64,000 bases of DNA from Candidatus Omnitrophota bacterium (GTDB lineage Bacteria > Omnitrophota > Gorgyraeia > Duberdicusellales > 4484-171): the NCBI GenBank assembly GCA_016935525.1, contig JAFGQU010000002.1, positions 34,560-98,559 on the forward strand. Reading direction: 5' to 3'. Both the position numbers and the translations under genes were made by a program. Shown piece by piece: positions 39,265 to 48,724 of this stretch (position 1 is the stretch's first letter; every line of letters begins with the position of its first letter). A model generated the notes under the pieces. The model did not search any database and had not been told where the DNA came from. It saw nothing but the letters and a program-made list of their open reading frames with translations.

Positions 39265-40488
39265 CTATTGCAATAGTTTCAACTCACGCTGAAGAGAATC
39301 TCTCGCTCGAGCGATTTCCGATAACGTCCGGGCAAGCCCATCGTCAACTGTGATGTCCGTTTTTCGCCCGGATATTTTCTTCTTTAAAAACATTTCTATT
39401 TTCTTTACAAAATCACTGAATGTACCCTGATACGAAGAATAAAATTTCCAACGACGCCGCCAGCGGGTTACGGCTTTATTCAAGGTTTCTTTTAATCTCC
39501 GGTTTTTCATGGCTTCTATCTTCTTGGTCAACATCCTTTTTACAGAATCGCCTCCGAAGACTTCGTCATAACAACTCATCATACATCCTCGACAGCCTCT
39601 TTGCCTGAGACTCTCACGCATAGCATTATGACGCTCCGAATTCCACATATCGAGTAGCCGTTCTTCTTTTACGTTACCGATGGTTTTATCAGGTTGAGCT
39701 AATACCCAGCAGAGATACACATCCCCGCCCGGAGCGATAGGACAGGACTGCCAGGGAGCCATGCACATGGAACGATGCCGAAAAGAATCTCCTGACAAAT
39801 AACCGGGGATCTTTTCTAAATAAGAAACCGGATTCGTAGAGATCCCTTGGGTATCGCAAGCATGGATTACTTTCCCTATTATTTTTTGCAGTTGGGGAAC
39901 TTCTTTATGAGTAATAAAAAAGTCATTATTCCTTGTTTTATCATGTAGAAAAAGGCTGTTGAACGGCTGAAATTTAATCGTTGTCGAATCGTATTTGCGC
40001 GCATAAGAAACTATTTCGGGAAGATATTTATAGTTGTATCGTGAGACCATCGTCGCGATAGTAGTCTCAATTTTATAATGCTGTAGATAAGCCAGGGCCG
40101 ATGTCACTTTGGAAAAACTTCCGGTGCCGCGTAAATACTCATGCACTTTATCGTTACCTTCCAGAGATACATTTACCACGTCGATACCGGATTCATAAAG
40201 AGCACGGGCTCTCTTCTCGTCAAGGAGAAGGCCATTGGTAGTCACGCAAGCGTTCATATGGTTCTGTTTTACATAGGAGATCAATTCAAACAGATCATCT
40301 CTCAAAAACGGTTCGCCGCCGCTGAATACCACAGTCGAAGCACCAAGTATATAGGCATCTTTGATCACCTGTTTCCAGCAGGATGAAGGAAGTTCCGTAT
40401 CGGCGTCATCGGGGATATCACACATACGGCAATTGCCGTTACAACGATGGGTAAGAGATATGATCACTTCTTTCAAGGTATTCTTCAT
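39265..40488 (-). CDS. radical SAM/SPASM-like protein
   Basis: LTHRCNGNCRMCDIP, FSGGEPFLRDD; C-terminal CMAPWQSCPI...CWVL...CRGCMMSCYD. Confidence 0.8.
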   Translation of the reverse strand: MKNTLKEVIISLTHRCNGNCRMCDIPDDADTELPSSCWKQVIKDAYILGASTVVFSGGEPFLRDDLFELISYVKQNHMNACVTTNGLLLDEKRARALYESGIDVVNVSLEGNDKVHEYLRGTGSFSKVTSALAYLQHYKIETTIATMVSRYNYKYLPEIVSYARKYDSTTIKFQPFNSLFLHDKTRNNDFFITHKEVPQLQKIIGKVIHACDTQGISTNPVSYLEKIPGYLSGDSFRHRSMCMAPWQSCPIAPGGDVYLCWVLAQPDKTIGNVKEERLLDMWNSERHNAMRESLRQRGCRGCMMSCYDEVFGGDSVKRMLTKKIEAMKNRRLKETLNKAVTRWRRRWKFYSSYQGTFSDFVKKIEMFLKKKISGRKTDITVDDGLARTLSEIARARDSLQRELKLLQ

Positions 40489-41657
40489 GGCTGTTTCAGT
40501 TTCTCCTCGTATTCGTTCAGCATACTCAACGCTTCCCTGAGAACCGTTTTTTTATCATTGTGCGCATCGTGGCGCAATTGATCAAGAAACTCTTTTATAA
40601 TACCGGACAGGGAATCGGCATCGGGATGAGCCCAACAGGTCTGTAAACAAGGCTTTGCGCAGGTTTTCATCAAAATCCGCGCTTCATACGCGTCTTCGCT
40701 GCGTAAACAACTACTAAGGCTCATCTTATGTATATTACCGAATGAATCTCCGCAACTTCTTACTTCTCCGTCCGGCCCGATATTAATGAATACGAAAGGG
40801 TTGCATTTCCATTGTTCCCGTTTTAGATTCCCCTCAAAATAGTTAAGCCACAAATAGGGATCGTGCAAAAACGCTACTAACCCGTTTTTCTTCTGATATT
40901 CAATAATCTTGTCGATCTGCGTTTTCAATATCTCCAGCTTAGCTTTGGTTATCCAGAACGGAGCATCACTTAATGTGTTCTGCATATTTTCCTGGACTAC
41001 AATCACCGGATGATAGACAAGGCATTCAACCCCTACCTCCCGTACCAGCGCTATCATCTCATACAGTTCGGTGACATTCTCGTTCATGATCGTCGTCCAT
41101 ACCGATATCTGCGGGCCATGACCTGACCTTCTTTTGGCCTGGACAAGGTTGCGCAGAGCATTTACCGCTTTATCAAAACTGCCTTTCGCACGTATCGCGT
41201 CATGAGTCTCAGGAGAAACTCCGTCTAAAGATACCGCGATATTATGTAACCCGCAAGACATTATCTTTACCGCGAGTTCTTGATCTATAAGCGCGCCGTT
41301 AGATACCGATTCGATATGAATATTCTTTCGAATACCATACGCGATGATATCGAATATATCTTTACGCAAGAAAGGTTCTCCGCCGGTTAATACGACCTCA
41401 CTTTTTGCGCGCCATTGGGCGATTTCATCAAAGACGTGCTTGACTCTTTCCGTAGTAAGTTCATAGTTTTGTAAAATCTTTACCACCCCGCACATCTTAC
41501 AACGATACGTACATCTATGACTTAAGCTCACATATACCCAATGAGGTTCTATGTAGGGATAGCCCGTTTTTTCGGAAAAATGATAGGCTAGATCCCGTTC
41601 AAACTTTTTAAGGTAACCTATATTCTGGCAAAGCACGTCTTTTCTATCCATGATCAT
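40485..41657 (-). CDS. radical SAM/SPASM-like protein
   Basis: LSHRCTYRCKMCGV, LTGGEPFLRKD; C-terminal WKCNPFVFINIGPDGEVRSCG...CAKPCLQTCW. Start MIMDRKD at 41657 gives an ATGA overlap with the methyltransferase stop. Confidence 0.8.
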   Translation of the reverse strand: MIMDRKDVLCQNIGYLKKFERDLAYHFSEKTGYPYIEPHWVYVSLSHRCTYRCKMCGVVKILQNYELTTERVKHVFDEIAQWRAKSEVVLTGGEPFLRKDIFDIIAYGIRKNIHIESVSNGALIDQELAVKIMSCGLHNIAVSLDGVSPETHDAIRAKGSFDKAVNALRNLVQAKRRSGHGPQISVWTTIMNENVTELYEMIALVREVGVECLVYHPVIVVQENMQNTLSDAPFWITKAKLEILKTQIDKIIEYQKKNGLVAFLHDPYLWLNYFEGNLKREQWKCNPFVFINIGPDGEVRSCGDSFGNIHKMSLSSCLRSEDAYEARILMKTCAKPCLQTCWAHPDADSLSGIIKEFLDQLRHDAHNDKKTVLREALSMLNEYEEKLKQP

Positions 41658-42484
41658 CGCCGGGCACACAAGGTAATGGCCTGCCCTTCCTTTCTTTGCT
41701 CGCGTCCAATAATATCGATGTTGCTGAATCCGGCATCATTGATCAATCGCACCAGATCGTCTTCACATAACCAAAACACTTTCCCCTTTACAGCGTTTAC
41801 CTTTATCCGGCTGTCTTCCCAGGCATATGTTCCACGGTATCTATTATTTTGATATTCTATGTGTACGAGCCTTTTGGGCGCGGCGGAAGAAGGGATACAG
41901 TGTGTCCAGACAAATATATTTCGGCTGATTTTTCCAAGATGATACATTATCTTTACCGGATCGGGAAGATGATACAGTATCCCTACCGCCAGACAAAGAT
42001 CGAATATCTGATCTATCTGAGGGACTACTTCATTTAAATCACCAAGAAGGAAAGTGCATCGTTTACTTCTCAAAGCGTTTTTTGCAACAAGGCATTTCAA
42101 GAAATTTTCTTCTCTCCCCTCGATGGAGATTATTTCCCCGGCTCCGGCGCCTTCCAGCATCATCGCGTGAGCCCCTTCCAGACTGCCTAATTCCAGCACA
42201 CGTAATCCTCTTATATCAATCTTTTCTAAAAGCACTTTTATTCTCGGTTCGACTTCTATATCCGAAGGGGCCGATTCTCTCAAAATAAAAGGGTCCTGAG
42301 AATACCGGCAATGCCAATGAGAAAACAGAGAAAATCCGTAATGATCTTTTGCGGCAATCCTGCCGAACGGCTTTCTCTTGGACCGGGCCCGGACCGTATT
42401 CATAGTTCGATTAAAGATGTTGTTCCATAATCCGCGATAATTCATCGATCTTCCTGGTTTGGGTTTTTGTGCATTTTTCAACAA
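41654..42484 (-). CDS. class I SAM-dependent methyltransferase
   Basis: Motif I VLELGSLEGAHAMML, then an acidic post-I residue and motif II-like ILYHLPDP. The true start may be an internal Met (about 42403-42445) because the track ORF overlaps the upstream gene by 74 nt. Confidence 0.55.
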   Translation of the reverse strand: MLKNAQKPKPGRSMNYRGLWNNIFNRTMNTVRARSKRKPFGRIAAKDHYGFSLFSHWHCRYSQDPFILRESAPSDIEVEPRIKVLLEKIDIRGLRVLELGSLEGAHAMMLEGAGAGEIISIEGREENFLKCLVAKNALRSKRCTFLLGDLNEVVPQIDQIFDLCLAVGILYHLPDPVKIMYHLGKISRNIFVWTHCIPSSAAPKRLVHIEYQNNRYRGTYAWEDSRIKVNAVKGKVFWLCEDDLVRLINDAGFSNIDIIGREQRKEGQAITLCARR

Positions 42485-42755
42485 TATCGGAAAATACCAA
42501 CAGATCTTTTTCCATTCTGAGGTTCATCTGCCTCAGCTGCCTAAGCTCAAAAAACATACGGAGCGCAAGAAAGGTTATATTACAGTTTAAAAACAAAGTC
42601 GCAAGCAAAGTCATACCCAGGATAAAAATACCCCGGTCAAAAACAAAATATTCCCGGTGGTCAATCCATAAGAACCCTATCCCCAATACTACCCCGCTCA
42701 TAATGATGATCTGGGGGGCAAGAAGCAATGCGGCAATTTTTATTCGTCGGCTCAT
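42411..42755 (-). CDS. small membrane protein with cytoplasmic coiled-coil tail (same architecture as 37416-37889)
   Basis: Three hydrophobic helices, then RQLRQMNLRMEKDLLVFSDIVEKCTKTQTRKIDELSRIMEQHL. Confidence 0.4.
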   Translation of the reverse strand: MSRRIKIAALLLAPQIIIMSGVVLGIGFLWIDHREYFVFDRGIFILGMTLLATLFLNCNITFLALRMFFELRQLRQMNLRMEKDLLVFSDIVEKCTKTQTRKIDELSRIMEQHL

Positions 42756-42765
42756 GTTCTCCTCC

Positions 42766-44163
42766 TTAATTAAGATTTTCTAAATCAGCAAAAGGGATGT
42801 TCACTTGTGCGGCAAGCTCCCTCTTTATGAATCTTATCTTTTCGATCCTCTCGCCAAAGTCGTGAGATTCGGATCCGGCATACCATTGACGCATCCGGTC
42901 GCGACCGGTCTCGATAATACCAAATCCCTTTTTGCGGGCGCCGAGGACCGAAGCCGGTAAAAGCACCAAAGGATGCACAAAGATATTGTGAATATTGCGC
43001 CGGTTCCTCTTAAGAAAATCTACAGTATACCGTATATCTTCCCAGGTCTCCCGGGGAAACCCGACAATGATATTTACGCTCACCTGAATGCCGGCGGCAT
43101 GGGTATCGCGAATAACTTTCCGGGCTTCCGTAAGCGAAAACCGTTTTCCCATAGACTGTAAGACCTTCTCGCTCCCGCTTTCCAGCCCCAGACTTACTGA
43201 CCGTAAACCCGCCTGATACGCCTTTTTCAGAAAAGGATAATCCATCTCCCGGCGGATCATCATCTGCCCGCCCCAGGAGACCGGCGGACGGCTCCGGATA
43301 AGTAATGCGATCAACTTACCGAGCATGATGACATCACCGTTGATCAACGAATCATTAAAATGGAAATAGGTCACGTGCGGATTTTTTTCTAATTGATACA
43401 CGATCTCTTCATATACATTCTCGGCGGTTCGCCGGCGGTACTTTCCCCAAAGGACCGATTCCTCACAAAAAAGACAACGGTTAATACATCCCCGGCTGGT
43501 TGATATAGGAAGCCCGGCTAAATCATAATGAGACAGGTCGAAGTCGGAGAAATCAGCAAACGGCAAGAAATCGAGCGGGACCGGAGAAGGGATATCAGGT
43601 TTTCCAACGAAAACGCTGTTGCTGTCTTTGTAGAGAAACCCGGAACAGGAAAAAGACCGGTTTTCTTCTATACTGTGAAACAATTCCCTTAACGCGATTT
43701 CTCCCTCGCCCAGACATACGGCGTCGACATAGTCAGCCCTGCACAATTCCTGAGCAAGTTCACGATGGAAACAAGAAAACCCGCCGAACACGATCTTTAT
43801 CTGAGGGTCCCTTTTTTTTATCATCGCCGCGACCGCTTCGCTATACCAACGTGAAGAATCGTAGATACTAAACCCAACCGCTTGATAACATTCCCCCATC
43901 AGTTCATCAACGAGTTGGTCTACATAGTATCGGTGACTTTCAATCGCCCGGTTGACAGATTCTCTCTCATACCAGTCGAGAGATTCTTCTTTTGAACATG
44001 AAGGAGCTCTTCGTTTAAACGACATATATCTCTGTATACGCACATTAAAATCATAACAACGGACCTGATGTCCATCCTGTTTCAAACAGGACGAAAGCAG
44101 GGCGAGATTATAAGGAGGCACCAATGTGCTCCATTGCGGACATTGAATTAATGCTACTTTCAT
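42766..44163 (-). CDS. B12-binding domain radical SAM protein (class B)
   Basis: MKVALIQCPQWSTLVPPYNLALLSSCLKQDG; TSRGCINRCLFCEES. Confidence 0.8.
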   Translation of the reverse strand: MKVALIQCPQWSTLVPPYNLALLSSCLKQDGHQVRCYDFNVRIQRYMSFKRRAPSCSKEESLDWYERESVNRAIESHRYYVDQLVDELMGECYQAVGFSIYDSSRWYSEAVAAMIKKRDPQIKIVFGGFSCFHRELAQELCRADYVDAVCLGEGEIALRELFHSIEENRSFSCSGFLYKDSNSVFVGKPDIPSPVPLDFLPFADFSDFDLSHYDLAGLPISTSRGCINRCLFCEESVLWGKYRRRTAENVYEEIVYQLEKNPHVTYFHFNDSLINGDVIMLGKLIALLIRSRPPVSWGGQMMIRREMDYPFLKKAYQAGLRSVSLGLESGSEKVLQSMGKRFSLTEARKVIRDTHAAGIQVSVNIIVGFPRETWEDIRYTVDFLKRNRRNIHNIFVHPLVLLPASVLGARKKGFGIIETGRDRMRQWYAGSESHDFGERIEKIRFIKRELAAQVNIPFADLENLN

Positions 44164-44202
44164 CGGGTCAAAGCCTCTTTCTCATCGTTCCCTCTCCCGT
44201 GT

Positions 44203-45327
44203 TTAATGAAAAAACCCGAATAATCTTTTCTTTTGGAAAAAATCCTCTATTTCCATAAAAGCTTCCCGATAAGAACACCACTGCAGACAAGGAGTCGCAC
44301 AGTTTCTGATCATATCCCGATAATCTCCCGCCACGGATGAATACCAAAGATCGCTCAGTGTAGACCGTTTTATATCGCCAAACGCCGCATCTTGATTTTT
44401 CTGACTGACGCAAAAGTAGAGTTTACCTTCCTGAACTACCTGGACTCGGTTGAAACCGGCGTAACAGGGAAAACTATCTGAGAGAGGGCCACCGTTAAAA
44501 TATTTTTTTATCAATTCCAAATACCTTGTGCTGTTGGCAATAAAGTTAAACTGTGCCGGGCTCTGTTTTTTGTATTCTATCAATGAGTCTATTCCCTTAT
44601 TAAGAAGGACAAGCCGCTCAGAGGGAACGAATCCGGGATACTGCTCGACTCGCTCGGTCTGATCGACATTCCTGGCGACGACCGGCTGGAAAAGGATACG
44701 TTCACATTCGATATCTCGGCACAGTCTGACTATTTCCAGAAGCTCTTCGATATTTTCGTCCATAATCGTGCATACCGCGACCACTTTAGGAAACCTCCGT
44801 TTTTCCTGTCTCTTGATCTGGTGTAAAGAACGTATATTCGATATGATTTTATCAAAAACTTTTTCTCCGCGGATCCGGCTGAATGTCATATCCGTCGCCG
44901 CATCGATGGATATGCTCAACCAATCGACCCCGTGTTTTAGACAGTTGAGTATGCGCGCCGGATCAAGTAACACGCCATTGGTCACTATCACGGTGGCTAA
45001 CTGAAGTCGTTTTGCCTGTTCGGTGAAATCAAATATGTCTTTGTGCAGAAACGGTTCCCCCCCTATAAAAAGGACAGTCCCGACGCCCAGCTCCTTAGTT
45101 TCGCGTATAATCTTATGTACAGTAGCCGAATCGATCTCAACCTGACGCCCGGCTTGTTTAAGAAATCCTTTTTGTTCACTCATCCCGCACATTTTACATT
45201 TCAGGTTGCAATCAAACGTAAAATTAATTTGCACCATATCGGGAGCAACCAGAGGATAATTGAGCTTACGGGAAAGCCAAAACAGGGAATTTTTCCTTAA
45301 CAAATCGAATACGCTCAAAATATTCAT
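44203..45327 (-). CDS. radical SAM/SPASM-like protein
   Basis: RKLNYPLVAPDMVQINFTFDCNLKCKMCGMS, FIGGEPFLHKD; C-terminal CYAGFNRVQV...CATPCLQWCSY. ATGA overlap with upstream gene. Confidence 0.8.
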   Translation of the reverse strand: MNILSVFDLLRKNSLFWLSRKLNYPLVAPDMVQINFTFDCNLKCKMCGMSEQKGFLKQAGRQVEIDSATVHKIIRETKELGVGTVLFIGGEPFLHKDIFDFTEQAKRLQLATVIVTNGVLLDPARILNCLKHGVDWLSISIDAATDMTFSRIRGEKVFDKIISNIRSLHQIKRQEKRRFPKVVAVCTIMDENIEELLEIVRLCRDIECERILFQPVVARNVDQTERVEQYPGFVPSERLVLLNKGIDSLIEYKKQSPAQFNFIANSTRYLELIKKYFNGGPLSDSFPCYAGFNRVQVVQEGKLYFCVSQKNQDAAFGDIKRSTLSDLWYSSVAGDYRDMIRNCATPCLQWCSYREAFMEIEDFFQKKRLFGFFH

Positions 45328-46586
45328 CGTATACAGATCCTGCAAGGATTCTTTTGAGGCTCCCCCGGTTTTTTTAAAAGACGAAGTTGATGACGGTAAA
45401 ACTTAAAATACGGCTTGCCTTTTTTTGCCAATAAAGCGGAATACTCTTCGATTTTTGAGTAAAGCTTATCACGGATACTCTCAACCTCTCGAGTCTGCGG
45501 GAGCGCATCTAATTTCTTCAAAAATATTTTTATTTCCTGTAAGATATCTTCGGGAAAATACACACAATCCTGGAGGCAATGCCGCCGGCAATGCCTTACC
45601 AGTTCCCGCATTGCCGTCGCGTTTTCCGAAACCCAGTTGTTCTGCAAAGATTCTTCCTTGAGATCGCCATACCGCCCGCGGCAACTCCATAACTGTCCAT
45701 TACAATCAATAACGATCCTTTTAATCCCTTCATAACACTTGAAATTGCGGTCTATTTTTTCTCCCCTAAAATAAGCCGGAATCGATTCCAAAATGGCCCG
45801 GTCGGTAGCGATATAAATATCCTGAAGTTCTTCCTTCAGAGAAACGACCTTTTTTAAAATACGTTCCAGTTTCCGGACTTGCTTATCTGTAGGCCATAAC
45901 GGATTCGATTTCATCTCGTACATCTTAGTATTACTGAACAATACCGGCTGAAACACGATCATATGACATTTCTTTTGCCGGGCAAAATCAATCATAGGGA
46001 TAATATCATCGATATTCGTATCCATAATAGTGAAATTTATACCTAACAGAGGAAATTGCGCGTGTTTTTTATTTTTATAATAATTTATTCTGTCGATACT
46101 ATGAGCGGCTTTTTCAAAAGTGCCCGGCCCTCTGATTTCATCATTTCTTGGGCCCAATCCGTCGATGGAAACCGTCATATGGTTCAACTTACGTTCGATA
46201 AGGCCCTGGATGATCTCGTCATTAAGCAATGTCCCGTTAGTAATAATGCTCAACCATTGAATGCCGCGGGAAAGCGCGAACCCTACGATATCAAGTATGT
46301 CTTTATGGAGAAACGGCTCTCCGCCGGAAAGGATTAAATGGTTAATACCCATATTTTTTATCTGCAGAATAATATCTTTTATTTTCAAAGAGCTCAGTAC
46401 TTCGGCATCTTCGGCAAAGCCTTGCGGAATATCACACATCCGGCACCGTAAGTTACACGCACTGGTAATAGAGAAATATACATGTTCCGGAGGGATGAGC
46501 GGATAAGAAAGCTTCCGGCTCACAAAGAAACTCAATTTTCTTTCGATATCATTATATTCCTGAGCTAACTCTGGATTAAGAACCAT
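45324..46586 (-). CDS. radical SAM/SPASM-like protein
   Basis: RKLSYPLIPPEHVYFSITSACNLRCRMCDIP, LSGGEPFLHKD; C-terminal CYEGIKRIVI...CRRHCLQDCVY. Confidence 0.8.
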   Translation of the reverse strand: MVLNPELAQEYNDIERKLSFFVSRKLSYPLIPPEHVYFSITSACNLRCRMCDIPQGFAEDAEVLSSLKIKDIILQIKNMGINHLILSGGEPFLHKDILDIVGFALSRGIQWLSIITNGTLLNDEIIQGLIERKLNHMTVSIDGLGPRNDEIRGPGTFEKAAHSIDRINYYKNKKHAQFPLLGINFTIMDTNIDDIIPMIDFARQKKCHMIVFQPVLFSNTKMYEMKSNPLWPTDKQVRKLERILKKVVSLKEELQDIYIATDRAILESIPAYFRGEKIDRNFKCYEGIKRIVIDCNGQLWSCRGRYGDLKEESLQNNWVSENATAMRELVRHCRRHCLQDCVYFPEDILQEIKIFLKKLDALPQTREVESIRDKLYSKIEEYSALLAKKGKPYFKFYRHQLRLLKKPGEPQKNPCRICIR

Positions 46587-47646
46587 GAGATTTTACGATT
46601 TTTTTAAAATGACGATTGATAATACTCGATACACTCTGGGCCGATTCCAACGAGTAACAACTTTGCAGGCATGGATTTTTACAGGTTTTCGCCTGTATCC
46701 TTAGCCGGCGGGCCTGGGAAGATTCCCATCCTTTTTTAAGCGATATCTCGTCTAAATTGCCGCATATCCCGTGACAGGAATAGATGAGCGGCTGTTTTTT
46801 CGAATAACAGATAAATACGGTTTTTAATCCACCAAAACATCTCCACTGATTCTGGGTAAGTGTTCCGCGATAATAATCGACCATCAATTCCAAACGCGGT
46901 TCTTCGTATATACGGACATGGCGAGGACTGAATCTTCTTATCTTTTTGATCTCTTCGGCTAATCGCACAATGCTTCCCTGATCCAGCCAGAAATCCGAGG
47001 CTTTGTTATCCATAAAATTAGCGTTATCCTTTACTAACGGTTGAAAATTTATGGTATCCACTTTTAACTCATCAGCCAATTGTACCATATCCCCCAATTG
47101 ATGTACGTTTTTGTTCATGACCGTACACGCGATACCGATAGAAAAAGAACGGTTTTTTGATCTTTCGGCATTTAAAAGAGTGATCGCATCGAGTACTTTT
47201 TCAAAAACCCCCTCCCCCCGAAAGTAATCATTCATATCGCTCAACCCGTCTAATGAAAAATGGAAATGGTTTATTCCCGAATTCGCCACCTTATTGACGG
47301 TTTCTCTATTGATACCCGTTCCGTTAGTAGTGACGATAGAAAACATCTGATTATCACCGATGTACTTGAGTATCCGGTATATATCCTCACGCAAAAACGG
47401 TTCCCCCCCGGTAAGGAGTATTTCTTTGATCCCGTATCGCTTTGCCTCATCGATCACATGAAAAATCTGTTCGGTAGAGAGTTCTTCTTCCTTATCCAGA
47501 TGATGGGCGATACTGCACATTTTACAGTTCAGGTTACAGCGATAGGTAACTGATAGCTGCAATACCTGCGGTTTAGAAAAAGGATACGCCAATAACCTCG
47601 ATATCCAAAACAAAAAATCCCGAAAAAAAGCATCCATATTCCGCAC
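46576..47646 (-). CDS. radical SAM/SPASM-like protein
   Basis: RLLAYPFSKPQVLQLSVTYRCNLNCKMCSIA, LTGGEPFLRED; C-terminal WRCFGGLKTVFICYS...CKNPCLQSCYS. Confidence 0.8.
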   Translation of the reverse strand: MRNMDAFFRDFLFWISRLLAYPFSKPQVLQLSVTYRCNLNCKMCSIAHHLDKEEELSTEQIFHVIDEAKRYGIKEILLTGGEPFLREDIYRILKYIGDNQMFSIVTTNGTGINRETVNKVANSGINHFHFSLDGLSDMNDYFRGEGVFEKVLDAITLLNAERSKNRSFSIGIACTVMNKNVHQLGDMVQLADELKVDTINFQPLVKDNANFMDNKASDFWLDQGSIVRLAEEIKKIRRFSPRHVRIYEEPRLELMVDYYRGTLTQNQWRCFGGLKTVFICYSKKQPLIYSCHGICGNLDEISLKKGWESSQARRLRIQAKTCKNPCLQSCYSLESAQSVSSIINRHFKKIVKSHGS

Positions 47647-47654
47647 GTTATATC

Positions 47655-48689
47655 CTATTCTTCATAATTACAATTAAGTAAAAAATGGCACACGTCTTTA
47701 CAAGACGCTATTTCCCGGCGACGCTCCTGCGCGCTCGTTGAGAGATACAGTTCCCGGAAATCTTGCCGGACATTACCGATGGGTAGTTTATAGGGGCATA
47801 ACGCGATATCTCCGGCAGGAAATATAAAAATACCGAAATCAACCGCGTTACACGGCCCTTTTCTCTCTACGAACCCTTGAGGGTCTTTGAAGTATTTTTT
47901 ATACAAGGCCAATTGCGAAACGGGATTACAGATCTTATGGAATTTTTTCATTTTCAATTCGATAAGCTTATCCAGTACCGAATAGACCTGTTCGATATTT
48001 TGCGGCCAGATGGAACGAGCGGTCTTTTTCAAATACCACTGGTCGTTATGATTCTCGTTAAACGGTTGGGTCACCGCCTGAAAATTAATAAACTTTATAC
48101 TACTATGTTCTTGCGCCCACCGGGCCAAAGAGAGGATATCTTCGAGATTGCTTTCCATGATCGTCGCGGAAATACTGATATCGACTTCGGGAGCGACATA
48201 ATCAAGGCACTCGATAGCTTCAAACACACTTGATAAAGCACCGGTTTTACCGCGCAGATAGTCATGGGTACCGCTTTTAAGACTGTCTAAAGAAAGCATG
48301 ATCGAGTTCACTTTCGCGTCTTTTATTTTCAAAGCTATTTCCGTATCGATAAGATACCCGTTGGAATTCAATACCAATCGAAACCCAAGGCCGCGGATTA
48401 TTTTGATAAGGGGAAACAGATTTTCGTGAGTCAGCGGTTCCCCTCCGCCGATAGAAATATCGATCGGTTCGTGAATATATTCTTTAAAAGAAGAAAAAAA
48501 ACGCTCCCAATCATCAAGCGGCACCTTTGAGACACGCTGGGGTGTCTGCCAAAACTTACACATTTTACATCTCATAAAACAGTTATCGGTAAGATGCACA
48601 TAGCACATCTGCGGGTCTCTAAAATCAACTTTCCCGCAAGAACGGTTTTCCGCGGAAAAATTATCTTTTTTTTCTTGAGGTATTATCAT
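47655..48689 (-). CDS. radical SAM/SPASM-like protein
   Basis: HLTDNCFMRCKMCKFW, IGGGEPLTHEN; C-terminal CNAVDFGIFIF...CKDVCHFLLNCNY. Confidence 0.75.
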   Translation of the reverse strand: MIIPQEKKDNFSAENRSCGKVDFRDPQMCYVHLTDNCFMRCKMCKFWQTPQRVSKVPLDDWERFFSSFKEYIHEPIDISIGGGEPLTHENLFPLIKIIRGLGFRLVLNSNGYLIDTEIALKIKDAKVNSIMLSLDSLKSGTHDYLRGKTGALSSVFEAIECLDYVAPEVDISISATIMESNLEDILSLARWAQEHSSIKFINFQAVTQPFNENHNDQWYLKKTARSIWPQNIEQVYSVLDKLIELKMKKFHKICNPVSQLALYKKYFKDPQGFVERKGPCNAVDFGIFIFPAGDIALCPYKLPIGNVRQDFRELYLSTSAQERRREIASCKDVCHFLLNCNYEE

Positions 48690-48724
48690 ATCGACCTTTT
48701 ACCGGTCTCTTTTGGCAATGTTCT

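Noticed and set aside
44168-44413. 81-aa ORF overlapping the 3' end of the rSAM gene 44203-45327, considered as a possible precursor peptide
   Set aside because: It is in a different frame of the same strand, fully overlapping a conserved rSAM C-terminus, with no RBS and no Cys-rich or repetitive core. Likely spurious.
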